A DNA stretch of 64,000 nucleotides from Iphione sp. A-MEVVRFRX5 (taxonomy: Eukaryota). The position numbers and the translations under genes are program-made. The notes beneath the pieces were generated by a model that ran no database searches, had not been told where the DNA came from, and worked only from the letters and a program-made list of their open reading frames with translations. The stretch covers positions 33,170,001 to 33,234,000 of the forward strand of contig OZ320319.1 of the NCBI GenBank assembly GCA_976226885.1, written 5' to 3'. This document shows, in pieces, positions 37,601 to 49,737 of the stretch. Each line of letters begins with the position of its first letter. The stretch's first letter is position 1.

Positions 37601-39541
37601 AAACTGACGTGCGCGCGGAATTTCCTTTTGTATAGAATATTTTACAGGTATGATAAGGTAAGTATAATAGGGATAGGGAATTGGGCGTAAGCTTGGATAG
37701 TAAGAGTGCTGGCTATCAATTGTCCGCTTCACCAGAGATACATGTATTAGGTCATGTATGTTCAACTCTGGACCTGTAGATCATCGTATGTGTGTATGCA
37801 TACAGGTTCAGGGGGCTCAGTTCAGTATCGCAGCGACCTAAATACTAAAACAGGTATTTGTCCACAGGTGTCTCATTTATTTTTAGAAAATACGCATAAT
37901 GTATCAGACTCAAGTGCCCAAAGTCATTGGCGAAAAGTAATGGGAAAAGGCTAATATCATTACAGACATACAAAAGAGCTTTTGAAATTAGATCAAGTAC
38001 GAGGTAATCCGGCAAGTAATCAATCAGCCGGGTCTTCTTGGTGAAATTAATTACCTACTGGATTATTTCTTGTAATCTTTCATGTCTCTTCATATGCTGA
38101 AAAATAGGATTAACACTTTTTTCTGCCAAGCACTCATTTATATCGAAATGAATTGAGACTATATGGCTTCCATGCAGCTGAAGTTCATCAACTGCTACGT
38201 AGTATGAATAATTTGGGCAAGAACCTGTCGTTAGAATTTCATCCGCGCTTCTCCTCAAGATCCTTGCACTTAAATGGCACGGTAAATATGTTCAGAGTTT
38301 ACGTATAACGTGTGTCTTGTAGCTTCATATCTAGGATGTCTCTTAGACAATCATCCTCGGCTGTGTCTGTGTACTGTTTAAATTCAAATGATTTACACAG
38401 TAGACTCCCCATTTCTAACATGATCTGCTGCTGCAAACCATCAGTCATGACAAATGATATATAATCATATAGTCGACCCAGACTAGGTGAATAGTTCTCA
38501 ACATTCTCCATTAATATTCGTGTATCAGAAAGGAAGAGCCACTCAGATTAACGAACTTTATTCATTATATTTATATCCAGTCTCCATTCTTGAAGTTCTT
38601 TGTTTTAATCTTTCTTATTTTACAGCAACTTAGAACACAATAAGATTAATGACCATTATGGTTATTTCATAGGGACATAATATATCATCCAGAACAATGG
38701 GGATTATTAATCTAACTGTGAATGGGCGGCCTGGCCTACCCTCCTTTGTATTTTAACAAAGATGGTCACAGTAAAATCCCATGCATCACAAATCGTGGCT
38801 ATTTTTTCAGTCCCAGAAGTGCACTAAGCATATTATACTTCAACTCGGCACGTGTATATCTCCTCTGAAACTCAGCACAAACCGAAACAGAAGGTCCCTT
38901 TTTATTGTCTTCAGAAAGTGTGGTGGATACAATTTCATTGTCCAAATTAATACTTGAGTTATTCCCACTGCCAGTATGGGTGGTTGGTAAGGGTTTCACG
39001 TCAATAATATATAGAAGTTGACCTATTTCACGATCCTTCCAGTCCTGCATAGTGGTAACATTTGTTTACACTTTGAGGACAGATATTTCCAGTAGTGAAT
39101 GCCTTGCTAACTGCCCATTCTATGTTTCAACTGACACATCGGACGGCGAAGACGAGCACTAGGCGTCTCTCAATGAGGCCATGATCTTTAGACCCAGAGA
39201 TGACTATTTATCGTTTAGCACGGCATGCCTGCCAAGCCATGCTTACAACTTCGTACTGACGAAAAGACACTGAAAGAAATGAAGAAACAAAAATCTTAAA
39301 ATCATTTTTTCCCTCCAGGCAGATCGATCAGAGATCTTCTTATCGAGGCACGGCGTTGCTGCTCCAAGGAAGGCTGGCAACGGGATGCAGGGGTTGGAGC
39401 ACTTTCACTCATTAATGAAATATTCATCAATCATTGCAGCAATTACCTGGTGCGTGTGGCTCAGAAGGGACGGCCTGTATAAGCTGTCCCAGGGGGCTAA
39501 GGATAAATCTGGGATCGATCTAAAACACTAACTTCAACACG

Positions 39542-39568
39542 GACACACACACACACACACACGCACAC
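39542..39568. repeat. (CA)n microsatellite
   Basis: Directly visible. Confidence 0.9.
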
Positions 39569-40218
39569 CAGGGTGCCAAAGAACATGGGGTCTAAAACAG
39601 GTTATTAGTGTAAATCGCCACATCCATTTCTCAGTTATAACCAATAAGCTTCACCTGGGCAGGCGAGGTCCCGTGTATCTAATCTTGGTTCTTTATTGAA
39701 AATCGAACATACAAATTACATTAGCGAATCACACTCGACCCATATCACACTTGTTTTTTCGCGCTACACATTATAAAGTTTCGGTAGAAACGCCCCCTGA
39801 GTGGCAAAAGCATAATGTTGAGACAAAAAAAACAGGACATTATGAAATACAGAAAGTATGTGCTCTCTCCGCAGAAAAAAAGTAAAGATAAAATTATATC
39901 GTTGGGCTTTCCTTAATGCAGTGAAATAGTGTGGATGATATTGATATGAAAATAAAGTATACCATGTATTTGAAGGTTAAAATTACTTTAGCTTCCACAC
40001 ACTCTAAATCCTCAGTCTATTTATTTGTACTTGTGTTGTTTTGAATTTATGATGTCCTCAGGTTTGTTAAGCCATATTGTTTTCTTGTTCCTTCTGTCCA
40101 TCTTGCTGGTACTCCTCCTGTAGGTTTATTCCTCGCTCTTGGTTAATGGTAAGCTCTTAATCCCTTCTTGGTGATATGCAAATTGATGCTGACTGGTAAG
40201 GATGAAGTATATACTTAC

Positions 40219-41133
40219 CCAAACGGCACATTGTTTCTATCTTGTACAAATGAGTAATTAAGAGGGGAACAAGTATAAGATGTATCCCTGTCAAACTCTA
40301 AACGTTGATGTACAACAACTGCAGCACCAGAACCGCTCACTGTCTTTGTGATGAAGACGTTGTAGACGTCCTTAGGGAAACACCGTGCAGAGCCGGAGAG
40401 GCTTCAACTGGGCACTAGGTGTGAGTGTTTCGTGACCCTGTCCAGGGCTTCCCCAGACAGCATCTGTAGCCAGGATAATGAGAACTGTCGACCCATGCCC
40501 TAAAACATACGGTAGGAGCAGCGAGTGCACGCTTGTTGCTCTTCATCTTGTGGCCTTCCTTTCTATCAACGATCATTTGTCTTTGGTACGGATGGTCAGT
40601 TGACTGACTTACCTTCGACTAATTGCTAATTGCTGCAGTCTCTGTGATCTGATTCGAGGACAATACGGCCCAACCAGGTTAACAATGGTAAATTGTAGTT
40701 TTAAGCCTAGCAGGCGAGGGATTCGACGGTAATTGATGTAGATTGACATCATCTCCATTAGCCTGAGATGAAGGTAGACAGCGGTAGGGGTAAGATCCAT
40801 GACCCTACCGGGGGAGCATCCTGCGGCCATACGCTCATGTTGCATTCTTCTTTTTCCCCAGGGTTAAAACGACCCAGTGGTCTCAGCAAAATCCTCGTGT
40901 TTCATAGCCTGTTGTCAGGGGGAAATACCACCAAGCAAATACCCGTGTTGCCCCTGTCGATACTAGCCGTCGGTTAGTGGGGCCTGCCAGTCAACGATCC
41001 AATCTAGCGCTTGTTACCGGTCTGGGGCTCATCAGTGGGATGATCGCTGGCGGTGGCCGTGTCGGCGGTCTGTCTATCAACAGAAAGAACGTGGAGCGGT
41101 AGGGGGTACAGTTCAAGGGCAGCCGCTATATAG
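40219..41133 (-). other. Candidate spliced transcription unit (TATA-like element and three exon candidates)
   Basis: CTATATAG at 41126-41133 and donor CCG|GTAACA at 41018. Exon 40762-40613 (ctcag|...GAAG|gtaagt, 150 nt, one open frame) and exon 40463-40219 (ctacag|...TGG|gtaagt). No recognisable protein. Confidence 0.3.
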
Positions 41134-41882
41134 GCGTCGAGTTTGGAAAATAACGAGCGAACTTCCCAGGGTGTTCGCCTCCATACGCACACGTGAGACA
41201 CCCCGTTCATCCTCTCTTTCTATTTAATCATTGAACATACTCCACTGGTGATCCTTCGGTGCCCAAGGAACGACGCGGGATCATGTAACAGGCATTGGAA
41301 TGGAATTTTCCTCAGATAAATTAGCAAAACTAGTGCACTGAGAATAGGCCTTCTCTTATTCGGCGTGGGTTGTCCTTTCCGTAGGAAACACCTGCGTTGT
41401 GTTGACCCGACTTCAGCTAATGGCGCAACTACGCCAATTTCGTCAATTGCGAATCCAGAGAGCTGATGCCCTACTCAACTTAAAACGTATGTGTGAAAAG
41501 GGTGAGGCAACGCTGTCTAGAAGCTGGTTATTTTTTCTATCATACACGGATGCTGACTACTCGGAAAAGACGTTAGATGCTCATCCTAACGGCCCGTGGA
41601 TTCAGGAACTGACATACGCTAACATGAGAAACCAAAACTCAGTCGGAATCTTGGTTTAGCGTTGGTAGGTTTGGGCGTCAATTGCAACTGGGAATCAAAC
41701 TCAACTGCAGCCAGGTGTTTGCCTTAGTTTCTCTAAAAACAATTAGCATGCTTTCTCCAGTGTAGCTCTGTATAATTAAACAGTACAAGACGTTGATTTC
41801 TCACAGCCTACTTTGTTGTGACGATTTTGATTACGTCTAGTGATCAATCCCCGTGAGCCAATTCATCGCGATTACTGCGTTA

Positions 41883-42879
41883 GGCCCGGTTTCCTTACCT
41901 GCGGGGCCGTCCGTTGGTATGCGTGTGCGTTTCAGTGCGGGAAACGCATCAGCAGGTGTTTCCGCACTGCAACACAGAGGGGTGTCCTCAAGCGATGCGT
42001 GCGTTTGTGTGCGTATATGACAGGAAAATACGAAAACCGGCAAAAAACCGGCGAAAACCGGCAAATTCCATGCAAATTGTCCCAAAAAAAGCTTATTTCA
42101 TGCAAATTTGGCCGAAAAACAGCTTATTTCATGCAAATTTGGCCGAAAACCGGCAACATGTGCGGAAAAATTTGGGAAAAAAACGATTTTGTGCGGAAAT
42201 GTGCAGATATGTGCGGTATCATCAGTCAAAAGTCAGCCAAATTCAGTCAAAGTCAGTCAAAATGATGGAAATACAGGTGCGTGGGTGTGCATTGCTGTGC
42301 GTGTGCGTGGAATTTACGGGAAGGGACCGAAAACGGGCTCCGCACGGCTCCGCATGGCTCTGCACCTGGATAGCAACGCACATAAGGAACATCCCTTATT
42401 AAAATGAACGGGACAGTAAAATTGGTGCGTTTTCCGCACAGCAACGCACACATGGCTATGCACATAAGGAAACCGGGCCTTTGACTGAATTTGGCTGACT
42501 TTTGACTGATGATACCGCACATATCTGCACATTTCCGCACAAAATCGTTTTTTTCCCCAATTTTTCCGCACATGTTGCCGGTTTTCGGCCAAATTTGCAT
42601 GAAATAAGCTGTTTTTCGGCCGATTTTGCATGAAATTTGCCGGTTTTCAGCCAAATTTGCATGAAATAAGCTTTTTTCGGGACAATTTGCATGGAATTTG
42701 CCGGTTTTCGCCAGTTTTTTGCCGGTTTTCGTATTTTCCTGTCATATACGCACACAAACGCACGCATCGCTTGAGGACACCCCTCTGCGTTGCAGTGCGG
42801 AAACACCTGCTGATGCGTTTCCCGCACTGAAACGCACACGCATACCAACGGACGGCCCCGCAGGTAAGGAAACCGGGCC
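41883..42879. mobile_element. PIF/Harbinger-like non-autonomous fold-back element (997 bp)
   Basis: Termini GGCCCGGTTTCCTTA...TAAGGAAACCGGGCC with TTA on both sides (41880-41882 and 42880-42882). Inverted arms 41883-42252 and 42479-42879 are nearly identical and there is no coding capacity. Confidence 0.85.
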
Positions 42880-43329
42880 TTATTCGGCACCCCACGTTGC
42901 TACAGCTCAAGCTACTTAAACGCAAATGCTAGCGAAACTAAAAACGAATTGTAATTCTATTTGATTGCTAACTAGTATACATGCACGTACACTCGGATTG
43001 AAAAAGGATATTCGCCAAAGAATATATATACCATATATGCATGTAATTGGAGGCTGAGGTGAGACAAGAAAAAAGAGAAGACTGGTTAAAAGCTGTCCAC
43101 CCAACACGTGAAATCCAATTAAAAGGCACTGAGGGCATTTATCCTCGGCCGTGGAGAGCAGGCCATCTGCCACACTTATCTGTTAAAACCACACTGAGAA
43201 CCGGCTTGCCCGCCTTACATTCATCCCCATTAGAGGCACGGTCAGCAGAGGGCTGCTGGGAAGGCGGGACCTGTTCTAGCTGTCACTGGAGGACAAGTCA
43301 CCAGTCAGTCCGGAGAGCGGATCCGGAAC

Positions 43330-43830
43330 TTTACCTTTCGGACATGGGGGGAAAGGTTGTTTAAGCTAAATTCTGAGGGGAAAACGTAGTCAAATGAGAC
43401 ACGTCTGCCGTAAGCAGTATCTTACAAATAGAGAAAGCAAAAATGAGCTAGCTGAGCTTTCTGTTTGCCAGCAACCGGGTCTTGAGAGGTTACGTGACCT
43501 TGACCTGACGCCCATCATTCCAGGAACAGAGCAGACCTTTCCAGCAATTTCTGGTTGATTCATTCTTTTGCCTGCTCCAATATTGAATGACAATCAGCCC
43601 CTTTTGCTCACCTCATCAGAAATCCAGAGAGAAGGCCATCATGAAAATGGAAGACTCTTGCATAATTGCCAGGGAATCGCAAACAATGTCGCAGCGACGA
43701 TGCAAGACCGCCCATGCAAAACCAAAGGGAAAAAGATTGCCTTCATTCTGGTCATTACGATGTCAAATGTTGCTTAAGTCTCGAAGGGTAAATGCTGCCT
43801 TAAGGTATTCCCAAGCAAAAGGCTAATGAT
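43330..43830 (+). mobile_element. Decayed non-LTR retrotransposon fragment, possibly CRE-like (RLE clade)
   Basis: Frameshifted peptides WGERLFKLNSEGK..E.RL, PLLL/PHQKSREK and RVNAALRY resemble from memory the region upstream of RT in CRE-type elements. No RT core is visible. Confidence 0.3.
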
Positions 43831-46800
43831 CCGTTAAGGCACTCCTCTCTAAAGGGCAAATGGTGCCTGAAGGCATTCCTTTGTATACGGCCAATGATGG
43901 TTGAAGGCATCATATATTAAAGAAAGATTTAGGGGATTTTTTATTATTAGCTGTGAGCTAGTATTTCCTACACGAACTTACAAAATAACTTTTACAGTCC
44001 TTTTTACATTTTCATCAAAGCATTTTATGAAAGGTAGTTTTTTTTCAAAAGTGTGTCTGAAAACAGCATACATGTAATTACTGAAACACTTACCCTTAAG
44101 GAGGACGTCCCTTATGATACAGCGTTGGACTGTAGGTAGTGTGAAAATGGTTTAGAACCCTCATAGGTTTACCATCCGAAGAAATGAACGGCTTGCATAC
44201 GTGGGGAATCTTCCTCACACCGCAGCGTTTCAGGCTATTGGATGCGCTGATTTTGATCATTTGTACGGCTTTCCTACATGTTTGTTTGTTAGAACGAGAC
44301 TAGGTAACTGCCACAGTTCTGGAGATCAGAAGCACCACCAGAACACGGATATTGCTATGCACAATTATAATTATCTACATTCAAGCACCAGCAGAGTAGA
44401 AGCAATTGTTTATGACATGCCCTAGCATAGGTCAGGATTGGCTTCCGGTGTTAATGAGGCGGCTTTGGCGTCTCCCGGTATTGAATGTGATACATTTCTG
44501 AATCAAAGGAGACGATAGTCGTAATTGTCATGCAAATTGAGATGCAAGACTCTTTTCAGACCAGGATCATAGACGATACTGATAATAAACCGAGACTTGG
44601 AATTTTATCATATAAACGATCAACGGAGAAACCTTACAGAGGCTGACACATTACGTGTCGGGGCTGTATAACTGGAGATGAACAATGTTTCAGATTGCCG
44701 ACCCTGTGATTTATTTAAATTTTCCTCATAGAGTTCAGAAGTCTAAATGTTGTCATAGCATCGAATCATCGTTGAAAGGAAGGTCGCTTCCAAAGGTATC
44801 CGTCTAATTTCTACAAAGGCTTACCAATGGAGTCGCACACCTAGCCCTTTTTTATAGAGTGTTCAATTTGAAATGGATTAAAAGTGATGTTTTGGGGGGG
44901 ACCCGGAAATAGAACATAATGAGCATTAATCTTTGCTGCCATTGTTAGCCTTTCAGTGGAGAACCAATACGTTCGCATGATTGAACGCAGGCCCGTAAAT
45001 ACCCCATCCGTGATTCCGAACGGAGAGATCAAGGAACACAAAACAAAAGTGAAAGCAAAGCAGATCAGACGGCCGTCACTTGCAGCGTGTCTGCATCACT
45101 GGCTGCGACTCTGAAATGAAAGGCCCAACGTGGGCAGAGGTGCGTGTGACTTGCGCACTTGTGTCCATCTAAGCAGACGTGACGTCACACTCACAGTCAG
45201 AAAGAGTGTCATTGGCACTGGCCGACGGTGTCAATGATGAATAATGACAGGTGGGTCTTCTGCGGTGGAGATCAGTGCAGACAACCTACCTAGTACCTCA
45301 GTACTTGAAGTTTTCTGCTGACTCATGCTGTTTTAATACAGAACACGTAGTGTACGTATATCAGAACGCGTAGTGTACGTATATACAATGGTTCTGAGAT
45401 TATAGACAGAGGTAGTCTTGGAATTTTTGGAATCGAATTGACCATCCATTCTTCAATTGCATTTAGAATGGTTAAGATCTGCGGTTGAAATGTAACCTGC
45501 AGGTTATATCCTCGGATGAACGAAGAAATCGGCGAAAATACAGAGGATATAGAAACTGACACATTGCAAAAGAAAGTCTTTTAGAAAAAATAAATGTTTT
45601 CTTCTACCAAGATACGTGTATTTTCAATGGTACACCAGCGGGATCAAATCATTCCGGTTTTTTTTGTACAGAACTCACTTTCGCTTGGGCCCGCCAGTAC
45701 AATGCATCCCATTATGTGTGCTTCGGTTGTCTACATGCATTATAAACGATAAGACATGGTCATTTTGCATGCTATATATTGTATCATTTAACTTATACTG
45801 ACCGATAATATAGATTGATGGTATCAAGTCCGTTAGCTAAATTATATAACACTTATTTCCAAATGTGACATATTTAGTATACCAGGACATGTTAAGACAA
45901 GCGAATTCGCCTCTTCTTAGGAAATACATACGCACCTTCCCTTTTGTTTAAAATAGGTATAACGAAAGCTAAGGCGCTGCATTTGCAGGAGCATCAGTGT
46001 CGTTTGGTTTTAGAAATAGTCGGCGATCTGGGACGCTATGTTTATGAAATATTGGGGACAGACAAGACAGATAAGCTTGATATAGGTCTGATTGATCATT
46101 GTGCTAATCCTTAGCGCTAAGGGTAAAAATATACACGTACTATAAATTGGTAAGGATTTGGAGCAGTATTCTTTGATGATCTCCAGAATGATATGAATTG
46201 TGCAGAAAGTAGTAGAAGCGAACGTGGCAATGAGTTACTTTAGCGGGAGTGCCCCTATTACCGAGGCAATAAGCATACTGAGTGCCGGCCAATAACTGCA
46301 CCTACTTTAACCAGGGCCGGATCAAGTATTATTAATGCATTACATATCAGTCGTAGATTGGCGCCCTGTCTCGACAAGAGCGTCTACTATGCTAATAGCC
46401 ATACGCCACAGAGAAGCATACACACACAAAGACAGCATATATTTCAAAAAATCACGAAGTGCAGTGTTCTTATGTAAAATATATCCTTACGTAAGAGAAG
46501 ACTTTCACGTGAATCATGCAAATATGAGCATGTTAGTTGATTCGCATCTTTGAACAGGTCATTAGTGAAGCCCCTAGTAAAACAAGTCCACGTTGCCGGA
46601 GGCAACACATCAAAACCTGTAAGCTTGGAGGAGATTTGGAGGGCTTTGCAATATGGCAGCGGTTATCTCACTCACTGACGGCTGGAGTGGCGTCCTCGAT
46701 GACGGATGTCCCAGGCACACTGTTATATCATCTGCCTAGCAAAACGAAGCTTTGTTATCGTTCCCTACGGGATCGGAGTCAAGCTGGCACCTCCGTCGTG

Positions 46801-49433
46801 CGATTGAGGAGCTGTCGAGAAACATATACTGTCTTCTGTAAATGATGGGAAGTCTCCTCCATTAGTAGAGCGCCTGTATGTGTCAGGGAATATTCTGCGG
46901 GGTCCATTAAACACAGCAGCGCATTATGTTCTCTCTTGTGGAGACGTCAGGCAAAGACTATGATTGAGAACGGCATTTGAGTGGATGGTGCCTGATGCAT
47001 GGGCAAAGGCCGACCACAAGCGAATCGTTCACTCAGTTTGTGTGAGTCATAAAGGCGATGATACGTTGTATGCAGGAAGGTGTGCGAAACCTCTATGAGC
47101 CTATGATGGTCAGTAACATAGCCGACACGATTGATAGCTGTAATCATTCGGCAAGGTATTGTAATAAATAACGGGAATATGGGCTGTATAAGGCATCGGG
47201 ATGTGTTGTACTTCACTTTAGAAACTTTATGCCGCGGGGTAGATAATATCGGTGATATGAGCACTGGATATATGAGCAGCAAAAATGAATGATGTCCCTA
47301 TTCAACCGAAATCGAAAAAGTCAAATATTCATTTCATCTCCATGTGGGCTGCAATTCAAAAAAACTAGCTTAGGTAGGTACTGCTCCATGACACTCTGCT
47401 TGCACCAGCCATACATGCTACATGTTTATAAGGTTATTCTGCGTGTTAATTCTGAAGTGTTCACGGCATTCACTTTCAGCTTAACACTCTACATCTTCAG
47501 CATAGAAGTTGAATCTTGTATCTCTAGTAAACTTTATTTCTATAGCATGAATTACAAACATATGGTGACAACGAAATTGTTTTGCACTTACCAGAATATA
47601 ATGCGGCTCTGTACCAAAAGGTTAAAATTTTTGTAGTAAAGTGATGCCAGGAAGAGAGAGAAAGGGGAAGGGAACTAATAGCAAAGGCAGAGGCAGGATG
47701 CGAAAGAGAGTTAAGGAGTGAACGGAATTACTGTGAAGTGTAAGGAGTGAGCGGAGGTTACTGAAACAAGCAGAGAAAGAGTGCAGAGGGAGAATGAATC
47801 AAAAATAGAGCTAAGAAAGAGGATATGCAAAAGATGAGAGGTCAGCCTGAGGAGAGAGTAAGGTGACACAGATGGCAGTGAAAAAATATCTTATAGGTAG
47901 AGAAACAAGAATGATTTAATAGAAATACTAAATACATTTGAGAAGAAAAGTCATTCAATGCAAAGGAAAATAGAATGTGAAGAAAGACAATCACGAATCC
48001 CTAAAATAGCAAAGAAGGAGAGAGAGGGTAGATTAGCAGCTCCTATAGTATTGGCATCGAACAAGCCAAAGAGAATAAATCGTAAGAATGGGTAGGCGGT
48101 ACAGATGAAAACACAGAAAAGCTACTGAAATACAGAGCGGGAGGTACAGCAATCAGGAACTAATTTGAAAGCTAGCAGATGAGAAGAGGTAGACCTCAAC
48201 GTAGAGTAGAGAACATGGAATGCTTACGCCCAGTGGCACATTTATACTATCTCCATCATGTGCCTTACATAATGAATTTCATTTGATGGTCATGTACTCT
48301 GTACATAGTGTCAGTGTCCCCAGTGTGTTGTGCGATTAATTAAGGTTATCCATCTAAGTACATATATCTGGTTAGAGAATGTCTTTTCTCATAGAAGACA
48401 GAGGATGTGATCGTATTTATGTGGAATTAGGTTGATTACCCGCCAGTCAATAAGCAAAGGTCTATCGATAGATAGGCAGACCCCTTGTTGCCCATCTGAG
48501 TTGTACATAGCCAAGAAACCTTGTGCTTAATGATCAAGCTTGGAAATCGACTTTCCATATATGTTAGGAAGCACATAAGTAGACTGAGGTATGCTTGCGA
48601 GTGGCCATACAGCACTCCAGGCCTCACGTTTACTTTCAGCTTTCCATCGGCCAAGCTAGACGATGTCTTAATATAGATATCTATTCTACTGCTATTTCAA
48701 AAGAAATGTTTGATAATCACGCTTTCCTATTTACGGAGAATTCTTAGGTCAGATTTTGTTTCGAAGACTGAATAAAGTCACTGAAGATTTCTATTTCCTC
48801 ATGTCTGATAATTTATCACCCTCGCTGACAATCTGAAGAACCAAAATGACTATTGAATTCATTTAAACCCCTTACTTTGAATGCTCAAAACTTGTTCAAC
48901 AATTTGAACATATCAGCCAACAAAAGGTTTATTATTCACATTACTTTATGATTTTATACTCGCGATGGTTTCTTAGTTCATTCCCAATGTTTGCAATCAT
49001 CCAAGAATCGAAGTAATGAGGTCTGACTTTAAAGTGCGTACATAAAATCATTAAATTGCAAGGCAGTCCCCTTAACACCATTTTAACTTATTCATAATAT
49101 CCAGTTCATAGTATTCAATCAACGCCTTCGTTATGATCACATCATGGTATATACATATACATGTACAAATGCACATGTTTACATATACATGTATTATACA
49201 ACAGTTTAACCACTCTATATTTCATTCTGCATTGTCACCAGTGTGCTCCAGGCAAAAATATTTCAATATTCCTCTCGAAGCAGGGTTCACATGCAACACC
49301 TTTGAGATATACAGCGCACACAAAACCGATCCACATACTTACTTTGCTGCTGTAGGGGACATAGGTGGTGTAGTGGCAACACCGCCAGGGTCCCTGTGTT
49401 GCATTGTACTTGATAGATTCCAGTGCACTTGGT

Positions 49434-49737
49434 GTTGGTGGTGCCACCGACTAAGCAGAGTAGGAATGTTCTTTCAGAGCAGCAGGAGTTGCGGCACTGC
49501 CAAGGTTTATACACTGTGATGTATTTGGTGAACCTTGAGTGTGCTATTTATAGCCTGTTAGTAAGACAAGCATGCTATATATAGCTGATAGGTAGGGATC
49601 GTTGGTGGTGCCACCAGCCATTTAGTATAGAAATGCACCTCTGGGACTGGAAGAGTGGCAGTACTGCCAAGGATGATGTACTGTAGTGTACTTGGTGAAC
49701 CTTGAACGTGCTATTTATAGTAAGTAAGTAGGACAAG
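49434..49737. repeat. Diverged direct duplication, 167-bp period
   Basis: gttggtggtgccacc...actgccaagg...ttggtgaaccttga..gtgctatttatag...gacaag at 49434-49570 and 49601-49737. Confidence 0.8.

Noticed and set aside
41837-42925. Cluster of ten or more overlapping ORFs on both strands
   Set aside because: They arise from the repeat-rich inverted arms of the fold-back MITE. Mirrored translations appear on both strands and no domain is present.
46947-47282. GPCR TM3-like motif (ITAINRV); a similar hint near 44230-44400
   Set aside because: A single motif only; a seven-TM pattern could not be reconstructed.
47640-48230. Purine-rich tract resembling a LINE ORF1 coiled coil
   Set aside because: Stops occur in all frames and no diagnostic motif is present.
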